64,000 nucleotides of DNA from Antedon mediterranea (GCF_964355755.1 NC_092680.1:7812001-7876000); one strand, 5' to 3'; counted from the first letter of the stretch, positions 1-12,966 are shown. Numbers and translations are program-made. The notes: generated by a model from the sequence alone, not told the origin.

Positions 1-91
1 TACAGTTTATAAATAATAATTATAAAAATGACAAATTATGTATACTAACATTGAATTTGTTTGTAACTACTATAGCTATGTGTTAGGATGT

Positions 92-211
92 TTTGCTCTA
101 CTCTGACGTACTTTATACTTAAGTACATTTGAGGATACTTCGAGAATTACTTGCGATTAGTATTCTCAATGTAATTATTATAAAGTACAAATTACGTCAG
201 AGTAGGGCAAA
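92..211. repeat. Short inverted-repeat (MITE-like) element in an intron of copy A
   Basis: tttgctctactctgacgta (~92-110) is the near-perfect reverse complement of tacgtcagagtagggcaaa (~193-211). Confidence 0.55.
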
Positions 212-977
212 TTATACCAATTGTATTACAATACCTAATTATTGATGCTATTTCTTGTAAAGGTTACTATATTGGAGCCGAGGACTACTACACTCATATC
301 AGAGAGGGCGGATATGATTTAAGGGAAAACTATAAAGTAGCGACAGAATACAATAACACTTACTCTACCGTTTTATTTGCTGAGAAAGCCAATGCTGTTA
401 TCAATGCTCATAACAAAAGTCAGGTATATTACTTCTATTTAAATTATTTTATTTTTAGTGACTCTGCTCGGTCACTATGCGTTTTCAACGCTTCACAAAT
501 CCACGCCGGACCACAAAATGAGTGTGCAATGTTGTGTAGTCCATGTTTCATAATTTTTCAGAAAATGATGGCTTAAGCGAACAGTGAGATTTCATCGTCA
601 ACAAGTATTGTCTGATCTAAAAAAAATATCCCTGTTTTATTTGTGTTGAAAACATTTCTAAATAACTGCAAAACTTATAACGGCTAAAACAAAGTGTCAC
701 GTCTAGTAAAACAATATACTATACTATACAGTTAATGATGTACTTTTTTCAGTCTCTGTTTCTGTATATACCTTTCCAAGCAGTACACGCTCCTTTGGAG
801 GTTCCTGCCAGTTACGTAGAGCCATACAAATCGATTTATCCCAATGATAATTCGCGACAGACATACGCCGGCATGGTGACGTGTATGGACGAGGCAATTG
901 GTAACATTACCACCACTCTAAAAACAAAAGGACTGTATGATAATACTGTTATTATATTTTCAACAGGTAATGTGAAC

Positions 978-1191
978 TTAAGCTTTGTTATCACTAGCGA
1001 CGCGACGTAACGCAACGTAAGAAAATGCCCTTCAGATAATTGTGTTTTCCCCCGCCTGCGTGAAATCAAACCTGCGATGTGTGCAGCACTGTTTCGTCGT
1101 CGGTTCCCACTTGTGATTACGCAATACATTACTTTGTGTCGATACGTCGCTGCGTTGCGTTACTTTGCGTCGCTAGTGGGAACACGCTTAA
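978..1191. mobile_element. Harbinger/Tourist-like palindromic MITE (family with taagc..gttcccactagcgacgcaacgtaacgcaac termini)
   Basis: Self-complementary ends (taagc...cactagcgacgc / gcgtcgctagtg...gctta) flanked by TAA/TTA. Related copies at ~2772-2929, ~3805-3930, ~4228-4317, ~9142-9523, ~22966-23002 plus 25353-25474 (split) and ~54890-55020. Confidence 0.65.
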
Positions 1192-2042
1192 AATATATTA
1201 TTAATTATTTAAATTCATGTATACATATATATATAAATCTCGCACTCGATACATACACGAACGGCGGTATCATACGGTCGATAACGATCATGATGATGAT
1301 AATGATAGGGAGAAATATTTATTAAGAAAGACTTGTACTTCTATTCTGATATAATATGAAATAAAAATATATTTGTACACCGAGGACGAAAATACAATAT
1401 TAATTTAGTAAAGCGGGCTGTAATAATAAATGAAATGATGGTATACGTAGTTAGTTAGATAATAGTCGCATTTAGTGCAGTGCAAATGGATTTGGTACAA
1501 CAGAGAAAGTGACTTATTTTAAGTTGGGATAAAAGTCGATTGTTACATCTTTATCTTCGTTGGTATTATGTGATACAGCAATGATTAAATCCTATAGAAA
1601 TATATACTTTTTCTTTTCAGACAATGGTGGACAGGTTAGAGCTGGTGCAAATAACTGGCCATTACGCGGTTGGAAAGGTACACTGTGGGAAGGAGGTGTC
1701 CATGCGGTGGGCTTTGTTCACAGTCCCCTTCTTCCAAAACAAGTTCAAGGAACTATCAACAATGAACTAATACACGTCAGTGATTGGTTCCCAACCATTG
1801 TAGAGGGATTGGCTCAAGGTGATACTAAAGGTACTAAGCCTCTTGATGGATACAATGTATGGCCGTGCATTAGGTAAGTGAAAGGCTAGGAAATGAACTA
1901 CAGTAAAACAATAAACTATTGTAAATAACTAGGTATACGAAATATCCAGATTAAATTGAATAGTCTTTTCTTATCGAGTTGCCTACAGCAGCATTCCTAC
2001 TTCCAAAACATATCATTTTTGACATCGTTCTATATAAGTCCC

Positions 2043-2264
2043 ACCTCTGTGAATACTACCTCCGTGAATGCTACCTACGTGAATGCTACCTCCGTGAATG
2101 CTACCTCCGTGAATGCTACCTCCGTGAATGCTACCTCCGTGAATGCTACCTCCGTGAATGCTACCTCCGTGAATGCTACCTCCGTGAATGCTACCTACGT
2201 GAATGCTACCTACGTGAATGCTACCTACGTGAATGCTACCTACGTGAATGCTACCTACGTGAAT
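2043..2264. repeat. 15-bp minisatellite (ACCTMCGTGAATGCT) x~15 in intron 5 of copy A
   Basis: Directly visible; two variants (TCC and TAC). It produces the repeat ORFs (VNATS)n and (ECYLR)n. Confidence 0.95.
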
Positions 2265-2569
2265 ATAATAATAATTTACACGTATTCGTACTGAATGTTT
2301 TTATTTTGTATACGATGCTACGTATATTATGTTTTCATATGACTGAAACTGAAATAACAATTGTACACAAACGTGTTTATTTCAAAACAGAAACCTTTTT
2401 TGTGTTTAGTAAAACTGACTATCATCCATGAGGGTAAACAGTGGCAAAACAGCTCCTTTGATGTTCGAATAAATGCCGCTCTTAGGTCAGGTGATTGGAA
2501 GATTCTTACTGGTGTTAAAGGTAAATTCTACCTCTTATTAATGTTACTTAACTATATTAATCTGTCTAC

Positions 2570-2698
2570 TTATCAAACTAGTTTGTGCCTATTACTTTGG
2601 TCATGATAATGCCTAAATATGGCAGTGATATGGCATCATGTCCATAGGCACATCACATTTTTTGTCACATCAAGTTTGATAGTGTAGACAGAGCTTTA
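2570..2698. mobile_element. Harbinger-like MITE fragment (tctacactatcaaact...agtttgatagtgtagacagagcttta family)
   Basis: Inverted termini tatcaaact/agtttgata; a homologous copy lies at ~56162-56315. Confidence 0.5.
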
Positions 2699-4690
2699 GT
2701 TTATGTCGTACATTCTATTCTGATCTAGTCTGCTTACTTAGTTATTCTAATCGCTAGTTTATATTATTTCTAAAGCGTGGTTCCCCTCAGAGACGCAATG
2801 CAGGAACGTACGCGCAACGCAAGCGAGTTGACAAGCCACTGTTCCAGTAATCAATCGCTTGTGATTGGTCAAATCACTTACGTTGCGTTACGTCCTTGCG
2901 CTGCGTCAATAATGGGAACCAAGCTTAAGGTGTTTATCCATCTCCGCTCGCCGAAACTGTACAAATAAAAAAGGAAAAAAATCATTTTAAAACAGGAAGC
3001 CAGACTGAATTTACCCATGTTTTATTTTTTCCTTGGTAAACCCCGCAAATCTGTCAAAAACTATGTATCCACAGTTAAAGTTGATATATTAATAAACTAA
3101 AGGCACGGATACTATACTTGTTTAGTTCTCATATAATATATACCGTAATAAAATACATTTACGTTTTAATACTTTTTTTTTTAAATAGGAAGTGTGGATT
3201 GGGTAGTGCCACCAGATTCTGGTATTTCGCCCATTCAACCTGTTGTTGTGAAAAACCAAGTATTGTTTTTGTTCAACGTAACTGCTGATCCAAGTGAATA
3301 TAACGATCTATCTGGAAAGTATCCAAAAGTTGTCGATATGATGCTAGAGAAGTTAGCGAGTTACAATAAAACCGCAGTACCATGTAAGTTTCCGTTGCCG
3401 GATCCTTCCTCGGACCCTAAACTTCACGGTGGAGTGTGGGGTCCGTGGCGGTAGGACGCGTGTTACATTCGTTTATTTTTATGCAATATTTGTACTTGCC
3501 ATTTTTAATTTTCATAAATTAAATATTCATCCTTCTTTTCAAAGTGCCTATAACATGTAGGCCTACTATATTTTAACAAACCCAACTCGTTGCAAAAGCT
3601 TGTGTAATGAGCCTCTGTGATAAATATTTTAATTAAATATTATAGAAACAGCAAAAATGTTATGACTTCATAGTTTCCGATTAAAATCATTTAGTGAACT
3701 TTCTCAAGTAGTTGCAAGTCGTTGATTGATTCGATAACTCAGTTACTTCCTTTTATATTTCTGCTCAATGGCATGTTTGTTGTCTTGGTGTTCCATACTA
3801 AAGCTTGATTTCCACTAGCGACGTTTTGAAGCAAAGTGCTGTATTGCGTAATCTTGGAACCGACGATGCAACAGTTCTGCAAACATCGCAGGTTTGATTT
3901 CACGCAGGCGGAGACATCAGAACATGAATTATTCCCTATATATAAAATCTTTGGAACTGCTAATGCAAAAACAAAATAAAATAATAAAAATAAAAAAGTT
4001 ATCATATATATGTTGCTTTAGGATGTTTCTGAAATATTAAATTTTTTGACATCCAACAATGTATATATTAAATGAAGTAATTAAAACTCGCAAATAAATC
4101 ACTGCGAAGCGAACGTGTATAACAATGTGTTTTTATGACGTCATGAGCTCAGGCATGCATCATGGGTGTGTATAATATATTCACGCCCTCTATAGTTTCT
4201 GCCTTAACCTAATATGAAAACAAATAATGCAGGCGGGAGAAAACACAATTATTGGTATGGCATTTTCTTACGTTGCATAGGTTGCGTTACGTTCGTTCTA
4301 GTGGGAACCATGCTTTAGAGAGCATTCGACACCATAGCTCATGGATTTTTCTCAAATTGAAAGCTCCTTGTTATTCGTAATGTGACAATTAAGATGTCGC
4401 GCTAAATAGAAGTACGATACTTGCTCAAGCACGAGGGCGTGTTACCACGGTGTTCACAGCAGAGAGTAAAACTTACACCCTGGTTTAGAGCAGCTAATGG
4501 TACGACGACTCATTCCATTGTCTTATTTTATAATAATTATGTCAATGTAATGGACAGACTAAACGAAATATATACAATTCAACAACAATGAATAGAGGCA
4601 AGTCACAAGTGAAATGATGACGAGTCTCGCGTCACAATCTAGAATTTACAATCGTTGGCGGCGCACGTCTTCATGTTGTGACAAACTGTC

Positions 4691-6627
4691 GAGGTATATC
4701 CAGAGCGTCATTTCGACGATCGAGCATTCTCTACATCTACGGAGCGCCATTTATGCCTGTATTTACTTACGAAATAGAAATAGTACTACGGTAGCTGCTC
4801 CACTGGACCAAATTTAGCACTAGTGGAGCGCAGTGATATAAAATAGAAATAAGTCACTAATTTTAATATCTGTTCGTATGTTAATACACTCTGCTCAAGT
4901 GGACACAATTTGGCGCCAGTGTGGAGCACAGTGATATAAAATAGAAATAAGTCACTAAATTTTAATATCTTTTCGTATGTTAATACACTGTGCTCAAGTG
5001 GACCCAATTTTGCGCCAGGAGAGCACAGTGATATAAAATAGAAATAAGTCATTGGATGTTAATATATTTTCGTATGTTAATACACTGTGCTCAAGTGGAC
5101 CTAATTTGGCGCCAGTAGAGCACAGTGATATAAAATGGAAAAAGTCACTGAATTTTAATATCTTTTCGTATTTAATATACACTATGCTCAAGTGGACCCA
5201 ATTTGGAGCCAGGGGAGCACTGTGATATAAAATAGAAATAAGTCACTGAATTTTAATATCTTTTCGTATGTTAATACACTGTGCTTACGTGGACCCAATT
5301 TGGCACGCGCGCCAGTGAGCACAGGAATATAAAATAAAGAAAGTCACTAAATTTTAATATCTTTTCGTATGTTAATACACTGTGCTCAAGTGGACCCAAT
5401 TTGGCACCAATGGGAGCACAGGGAAATAGTCACATACAAAAACATCGAGAAAAAATACTTCTGGGATTTAAAAATATTTCAAACTTGGTATTATTATGTT
5501 CAATATCGGTTACTCCATCCGTAAACCAAAAGAAAAAATAGTTTCAAGCCACATCAGTGATTTTAATAACTTGCGTTCGCTTAAGATAATGCTTATGAAA
5601 AAACATACAATTCCGACACATATTATGTTAAACTCTAATAATGATTTTGACAACAAAAAAAACGGTTAGGAATTCGATTTTTTCCCTGTAAATTGAGCAA
5701 CTTAAATTAAAAATATACCAAGAAATATATATTGAAATCAAGGAGTATTTTTTTTTTACAAAAGAAATGTTCGTATGTTAATACACTGTGCTCCAGTGGA
5801 TCCAATTTGGCGCCAGTGGAGCACAGGGAAATAGTCACATACAAAAACTTCTAGAAAAAATATTTATCGAATTCAAAAATATTTCAAACTTGGTATATAA
5901 GTTCAATATCGGTTACTTCATCCGTAATGCAAAAGAAAAATTAGTTTCAAGTCACATTAGTGATTTTAATAACTTGCGTTTGTCTAAGATAAATACTTAT
6001 GAAAGAACATACAATTCCAACACATTAAAAAAAAGACATATGTTAAAAATATGAATTATGTAGTAACATATTGAACGTGTAGTAACCTATTGAACGTTAT
6101 ACTACCAAATTTCAAATGTTTAGGACAATTATTTTATGACAATCAACATTTAAAGTTTAAAAAATGTCTTGGAATTCTATGTTCTATCATAAATATACAT
6201 TTTAAACGAACGAAAATTACTAAAATCACTGATATGGCTTGAAACTAATTTTTCTTTTGCATCACGGATGGAGTAACCGATATTGAACTTATCTTGATGT
6301 TTTTGTATGTGACTATTTCCCTGTGCTCCACAGTGTATTAAAATATGAAAAGATATTATAATTTAGTGACTTTTTTTCTATTTTATATCACTGTCCACTG
6401 GCGCCAAATTAGGTCCACTTGAGCACAGTGTATTAACATACGAAAATATATTAACATTCAGTGACTTATTTCTATTTTATATCACTGTGCTCCACCGGTG
6501 CTAAATTTGGTCCACTGGAGCAGTTACCGTAGTACTATTTCTAATTCGGAAGTAAATAAAGGCATAAATGGCGCTCCGTAGAAGTAGAGAATGCTCGATC
6601 GTCGAAATGACGCTCTGAATATACCTC
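4691..6627. mobile_element. Non-autonomous MULE-like foldback element with long TIRs containing ~97-bp tandem subrepeats
   Basis: Left end gaggtatatccagagcgtcatttcgacgatcgagcattc mirrors right end gaatgctcgatcgtcgaaatgacgctctgaatatacctc. Flanks caaactgtc (4682-4690) and caaactgct (6628-6636) form a decayed 9-bp TSD. About 7 subrepeats lie in the left arm and 2-3 in the right. Confidence 0.8.
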
Positions 6628-6838
6628 CAAACTGCTAATATAATCTTTAAATGGATGTCAAGTTTTGGATACAGTCACTCAACAGAGGACGCACGATGTA
6701 TAGTTACTCGCATTTTGACATGCGATTACATTATTAAAGTTGGTTTACCAGCAGTTTGCACTACCAACAATCCGACTTAATTCCGTTTATGGTGAATAAA
6801 TAAATTAACATTCATTGGATTATCGTAAAAGTTAAAGT

Positions 6839-7676
6839 ATGGTTAACAGGGTACTTGTGCCAGTGCTTGCTCTTTTTCTGCTGCTAGTAGTAGGCCTACT
6901 TTCTCGACAGATTGAAGTTACAGTTACTAGGCGGAATGTTGAAGTCGTTCCTGTTGTTAAGCCGAACATCGTGTTGATTGTAGCAGACGATTATGGTTTT
7001 CATGACATAGGTTACCACGGTTCAAAAATCAAAACACCGACTTTAGACAAATTGGCAGAAGAAGGTGTTAAGCTTGAAAAATATTATGTTCAGCCGATAT
7101 GTACTCCAACAAGAAGTCAGCTGATGACCGGTAGATATCAGGTTAGTAATCAACCCTTACAGTTTCCACTTAATAGATGTCCCCAATAGATGTCCCCCTC
7201 TGCCATTTGTTTTGTGTAAAATTTTTAATTTCTGAGATTTGTGACAGTACGCCTAAATTATATTTTCCCCAATTAATTTCACTACTGTATTAATTTGAAT
7301 TGGTTTTAAATCGCATAACATTTTAATTCATGACCCTCGTTATTTGCTGTTACTTCGATTTCAGTGAAACAACCCAAGACAACTTTATTTGTGCTACTTA
7401 AATGTAGTTCAGCCGTTTCTGAAAATTGTCACCGTAGGCGAAAATATCACAAACCCAAAGAATGCCTTTAAAAATACTTAATAATGAATGTTTTTATATT
7501 CATGCAATGGTACAAATAATTTTATTCGGTGAAAACAAATATGCAATTCTATTTTCACTCGGGCCGCCTCGCCTCTAGAATATTTGTACAATCGAACTCA
7601 TAAACATTCTTTGTTTTATACAACATCAAAGTAGATTATTGTCTATTCGCGAAACAACAGATGGTGCTGCTATTGG

Positions 7677-7709
<33 letters not shown>

Positions 7710-10700
7710 CAGTATTTATATAGCGCCTAATGGATCACTGACCCCTCTAGGTGCTTTACATTAGACCTTAACTAATGGTAATAAACTATCCCCCGCCGGA
7801 CACCATTCCGGTATTTCTTAGTCGAGGTTTCGGGGATGGAGACAATCAATAATGTGAGAAAAAAAATGTAATTAAGCTTAACTATGCTTACGCATATAAG
7901 ATTTTGTTTTTGTACACGAAAAAAGGTACTATATTATACGATTGTGTTAAAATAGTACGTATTACTGCACGTCATGTGACCCACAATCGTCCAATCAAAT
8001 GACAGGAATTTATTTAGATTTTATATAAAGCGTATAACTACGATTTTTTTAATTCATAATTATTATTCATCATCAATTGTGAGTGAAAAACGAAAGGAAA
8101 CAACTATATTTAGTATAGGGCCTACACAAATGACAAAAGAAAACAGAAAATAAAAATCTGATAATCATATTGATAGTGTGACACATTAACTTTACTACTC
8201 CAAACTTAAATATTCATTCATTACTTCCACGTTATTATAACCTATACAGTATTTTTTTTATTTAAAGAGTTAAAAAAGATGACAGTATGAACGAAAGGTA
8301 TAGACAAATAAGTGAGGTAATCGTTGGTTCAAACTTGATTGAACATTTAGTTTTTAAATAATTATTATTTAATTATCAGATTCACACAGGTTTACAGCAC
8401 AGTATTATAAAGTCAGCCGTGGACTATATTTATTTAGTTAATTGTTCAATTTAATTATCAGATTCACACGGGCTTACAGCACAAAATCATAGAGCCAGAC
8501 TCTCCAAACTGTCTACCTCTCGATGAAGTTACTCTACCACAAAAACTGAAAGAATATGGTTATGCAACGCATATGGTTGGTAAATGGCATCTTGGATTTT
8601 ACAAGGAGGCGTGTGTTCCAAATAAGCGAGGCTTTGATTCATTTTTTGGTTAGTAGATTATTTAAGGGTCTATCACTTGTTCCGGCACGGTTTCGGTCCG
8701 GTGCCGGCAATCAAATTGAACGTCAATGTTTCGTTTTCACGACGCTCCACGCGGCTATGCGCCAATCGATATGCGCGTAGGTCAGATCAATCGATATGTC
8801 GTCGGTCGTTGCCTGGACCATCAAAATTGTGTCGAGGCTTTAATTTATTTATAGTATTTTTATTTCTGGTAAAGGTCATTATGTTGGACATGAGGACTAC
8901 TACACCCATATCAAAGATGGAGGATATGATTTCCGGGATAACTATAAAGTAGCGACTGAATACAATAACACTTACTCTACCGTTTTATTTGCTGAGAAAG
9001 CCAATGCAGTTATCAATGCTCATAACAAAAGTCATAAGGTAGTAACTTTTATTTAATTAATCGAGAAATCGAGCCCGCGAGATTGACGTTTCATTTGTTG
9101 CTGTTCTGTTTGTGGGTCAGGATTTTTCAAATAATTTATCCTTAAGCGTGGTTCCCCACTAGCAACGCAACGTAAAGCAATGCAACGACTAGGAATGCAA
9201 CGCACCGTTTAGCTCGGTTCCCACTAGCGATAATAATTGTGTTTTCCCCCGCCTCCGTGAAATCAAACCTACGATGTTTGCAGCACTATTGCATCGTTGG
9301 TTCCCACTTGTGATTACGCAATTCAGCACTTTACGTCAATACCTCGAAGAACGAAGTGCTGTATTGCGTAATCACAAGTGGGAACCGACGATGCAACAGT
9401 GCTTCATTCAAACATCACAGGTTTGATTTCACGGAGGCGGGGGCAAACACAATTATTGGAAGGGAATTTTCTTACGTTGCGTAGGTTGCGTTACGTTGCG
9501 TCGCTAGTGGGAACCAAGCTTTAGGCCTAACTGGAGTTCGTGTATAGTTTAATTTAAGATTAGAACTGCATCATCAGCAATTATCTGGTCTGATAAAAAC
9601 GGAATTGGTCTAGGCCTATCTGTTCCTATATTTTACTTTAGATAAATAAATGAATTGTAAATATTGGAAACTAAAAACAAAAGAAATTAATTAAATAAAT
9701 GCCATTTGTGTTTTTCAGTCACTATTTCTGTATATACCTTTCCAAGCAGTGCATTCGCCTCTAGAGGTTCCTGCCAGTTACGCAGAGCCATACAAATCGA
9801 TTTATCCTAATGATAAATCGCGACAGACATACGCCGGTATGGTGACGTGTATGGACGAAGCAATTGGTAACATTACCGACACTCTAAAAACAACAGGACT
9901 GTATGATAATACTGTTATTATATTTTCGACAGGTAATGTATACTAGAAGATGCAACTACATCTCTTGTGATTACGTTAACGATGATTTTATAGATAATAT
10001 TAGTATTCTTTCAAGCTTTCTTTTTTTATTTATTTCTTTGTTTATTTTGTATTTTTTTAGTTTATTTTGTATTTTCTCTTTTTATTGTTTGAAGGTCCCT
10101 AATGATAAGCTTATGCTGGATGGATCACCCTCATAAAATATTGTTGAAATAAATAAATAAATAAATTTATAATATAAAATTCAAGCAAATTTGTTTAAAT
10201 ATATCGGAATTTCTAAATATATTAAACAGAAATTTGCTGTTTACATCTCATTATTGCATTTACTACTATTCCTTTATCAGTTTAGGTGGTTTGTAATTGG
10301 AATCTAACAGGATATATATTTATTCTTTTATTTTGTCAATAAGAAGACTTTTTTTGTGAATATTTCTTCACGTTTCACATCGAATTAAATTTAAAGAGAT
10401 TAGTAGGCTTAATCATTTTTGGAGGACCACGCTTAAAACATTTGGCTTCATGTTTCTCCCTATCTACCAAGAAGGATTTAATTTGATAAATACCTTATTG
10501 TGTTATTATTATTGTTGTGCGGATAAACAAACATGAAACTTGAATATTGTCACTAAATCATTCTATCGAATAATAGTCATAAATGAGTGCACATACCGCA
10601 TTAGCTACAGACCATGAAACATATTTACTTTAGCACTTGATTTAAAAATCCCTTTTACCATTGGATAAGATTGTTGTTGTTATAAGTTGATGAAAGTATG

Positions 10701-12966
10701 CTTACAACACCGGTTTATCATTTTACACTACCCAAACTTTCTTTGTAAACAATTATTTTTAAATTCAAATAGCACACGGCAGAAAGACTACTATGCTTCG
10801 TTAAACTAGAAAGTATCTTAGGTGGTTATTTCTATATACCATTTATCAATAAAATATTATCTATGAATGTAAACAGGCAATTCACATGACAATATTTCAA
10901 TATTGAAGTTTTTTTCGAATTGTAAAATCTGATAATCATAGGCCTAATCATGTTGAAATATAGGATTATATGGAATCTTATATAGCGAGGAGCTAAGTTT
11001 AGGCTTACATGCACTGAAGGTATAGGATAAATATAAATTACAGCGGCAAAAAAAGTGTATGATTGAATGTTAGAAATTATTTTTTCTTTTCAGACAATGG
11101 TGGACAGGTTACAGCTGGGGGAAATAACTGGCCATTACGTGGTTGGAAAAACACACTGTGGGAAGGGGGTGTCCGTGCGGTGGGCTTTGTTCACAGTCCC
11201 CTTCTTCCAAAACAAGTTCAAGGAACTATCAACAATGAACTAATACACGTCAGTGATTGGTTCCCAACCATTGTAGAGGGATTGGCTCAAGGTGATACTA
11301 AAGGTACTAAGCCTCTTGATGGATACAATATATGGCCGTGCATTATTAGGTAAGTAAAAAGCTAAATTAGTTTATGCATTTAAAATATTAAACTACTATA
11401 AATAAGATACAAATACTTTTACACAAAAGGATATTATATGCATTTCAGTTAACGTATTTGTTTGATGTTATTATAATTATTATAAATAAGGTTCTTTACG
11501 TGCGTAATAGTTGTCCGGAATATAATCATCTTCCCCAATCCTAAAATGAAATCCTCTTATCAAGTATAGTAACATTATAAACAAATCACATGAATTTTAC
11601 TTTAAAGATATATTGTCTCTTTTGTAATTTTTTAAATGCAATTTCCACATAAATAGTTTACTTTAACTAAAAAGTGAAAAAAAAAAAGCTATGAAAAAAA
11701 TATATAGATATATAGCATATTTTCTGCCAGATAATGGGGTTTTGTTAAAGTTGAACCGTATATTTCGTTTTTTTTTATAATTGAAATCATTCCCGCCCCA
11801 GTTTTTTCCTATAATAATAATAATAATAATAATAATAAGATTTTCATAGCGCACAAACTCCAGAGTGCTCAAGGCGCATTTAAAAATAAAAAGAAATAAA
11901 TCATACAAATTCCTGACAAATAAAATGCAATTTCTTTGGAGGGTCCCCATCCGTTGTCGTTCTGTCGCGGTCCCGGACCCCTACCTAGGTAGTGGATAAC
12001 TTTTATTCATATTAAACTGCAAAATGGCTTATTCAAGGTCTGATTTTATTAATCTTTATTTTTTATGTTTTTGAGGGACAATACGTATACATACATCAAA
12101 ATTATGAATGATACGTATACACATCATGATATTAAAGCACCAGTTTAAAAAATAGAAACTTATTTATTCTTTGTGTGTAGTAAAAACGACGTCTCTCCAC
12201 GAAAGGAAATTCTTCATAATATAGATCCATTGACAATCATTCAGGGTAAACAGTGGAAAAACAGCCCCTTTGATGTTCGAATAAATGCCGCTCTTAGGTC
12301 AGGTGACTGGAAGATTATTACAGGAACCGAAGGTACATTTTACTACTTTAAAACAAAATTAAAGTCACTATTATTCTTATTCTACCCTGCTTATTCAGAT
12401 ATGCAAATCACTGACGCAGGTCCTGGGCAGCACCGTCGGTGTGTACTCTCCAACATGTTTTTAAAGGGGTTTTAGTTTCCCCACTTTTCGACACAGAAAA
12501 AGGTTTAGATATCCTTTGGGTGTTTTACTCCTTATTGGGTCTACCACACACCTTTCAAAACAGGTCGCGGTAATTGATGCTAAAATTACACTAAATGTTC
12601 AATATTTTATACATGACGTTGTAATACGTTATTCGATATATACTTTTAGGAAGTGATGATTGGGTGGTGCCACCAGATTCTGGTATTACGCCTATTCAAC
12701 CTGTTGTTGTGAAAAACCAAGTACTGTTTTTGTTCAACGTAACTGCTGATCCAAGTGAATATAACGATCTATCTGGAAAGTATCCAAAAGTTGTCGATAT
12801 GATGCTAGAGAAGTTAGCGAGTTACAATAAAACCGCAGTACCATGTACGTTTCCATTGTCGGATCCTTCCTCGGACCCTAAACTTCACGGTGGAGTCTGG
12901 GGTCCGTGGCGGTTCAGTAGGCGAGACGCGTTGTTACATTCGTTTTATAGCCAATTCTTGCAGTAA
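6839..12966 (+). CDS. ARSB: Arylsulfatase B-like (formylglycine-dependent S1 sulfatase), copy B, intact, ~530 aa
   Basis: Exons 6839-7141, 8462-8648, 8875-9038, 9719-9932, 11094-11349, 12181-12332, 12650-12966 splice in frame (1593 nt). Hydrophobic N-terminus, [10 protein letters not shown], catalytic CTPTR, GKWHLG, AVH, DNGG, RGWK and C-terminal WGPW match the ARSB/ARSI/ARSJ subfamily. The symbol is a family-level assignment. Confidence 0.9.
7679..7760 (-). mobile_element. 3' tail fragment of an L2/CR1-type LINE or SINE with (AAT)n microsatellite
   Basis: (aat)n followed by atttatatagcgc...gtgctttaca, the reverse complement of a typical L2 3' stem-loop and tail. A similar piece lies at ~11811-11880 and its duplicate at ~32965-33047. 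Confidence 0.45.
8663..8842. mobile_element. Harbinger-like MITE remnant in intron 2 of copies B and C
   Basis: ccggtgccggcaatcaaattgaacgtcaatgtttcgttttcacg is shared with 17713-17855 and with the palindromic copy at ~59420-59586. Confidence 0.5.
9142..9523. mobile_element. Palindromic Harbinger-like MITE in intron 3 of copy B
   Basis: taagcgtggttcccca-ctagcaacgcaacgtaa ... ttacgttgcgtcgctagtgggaaccaagcttta; the whole element folds back on itself. Confidence 0.75.
10017..10179 (+). mobile_element. Short retroposon 3' tail with (AAAT)n, present in intron 4 of copy B only
   Basis: Flanked by the direct repeat ttcaagc (10010-10016, 10180-10186). The paralogous intron of copy C (~25960-25985) has only a T-run here. 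Confidence 0.5.

Larger units (their letters stand above)
263..3454 (+). pseudogene. Arylsulfatase B-like copy A (exons 3-7; exons 1-2 upstream of the window), frameshifted in exon 6
   Basis: AG/GT-bounded exons 263-423, 753-966, 1621-1873, 2410-2520, 3189-3454. Motifs [20 protein letters not shown] and WGPW are present. Exon 6 is 111 nt versus 155 nt in copy E (44-nt deletion), giving an in-frame TGA at 2429-2431. Confidence 0.8.

Noticed and set aside
4795-5430. ~97-bp repeats as a CRISPR-like array
   Set aside because: Units are contiguous with no unique spacers, lie inside a TIR, have no cas genes nearby, and the context is eukaryotic.
7968-7980. GTCATGTGAC as a TFEB/MITF CLEAR-like site for a lysosomal gene
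   Set aside because: Single intronic occurrence in repeat-like sequence, not seen at the equivalent position in copies C or E.
8556-8952. ORFs 8556-8780, 8677-8952 and 17607-17966 as separate genes
   Set aside because: Off-frame translations of sulfatase exons 2-3 and the intervening MITE.
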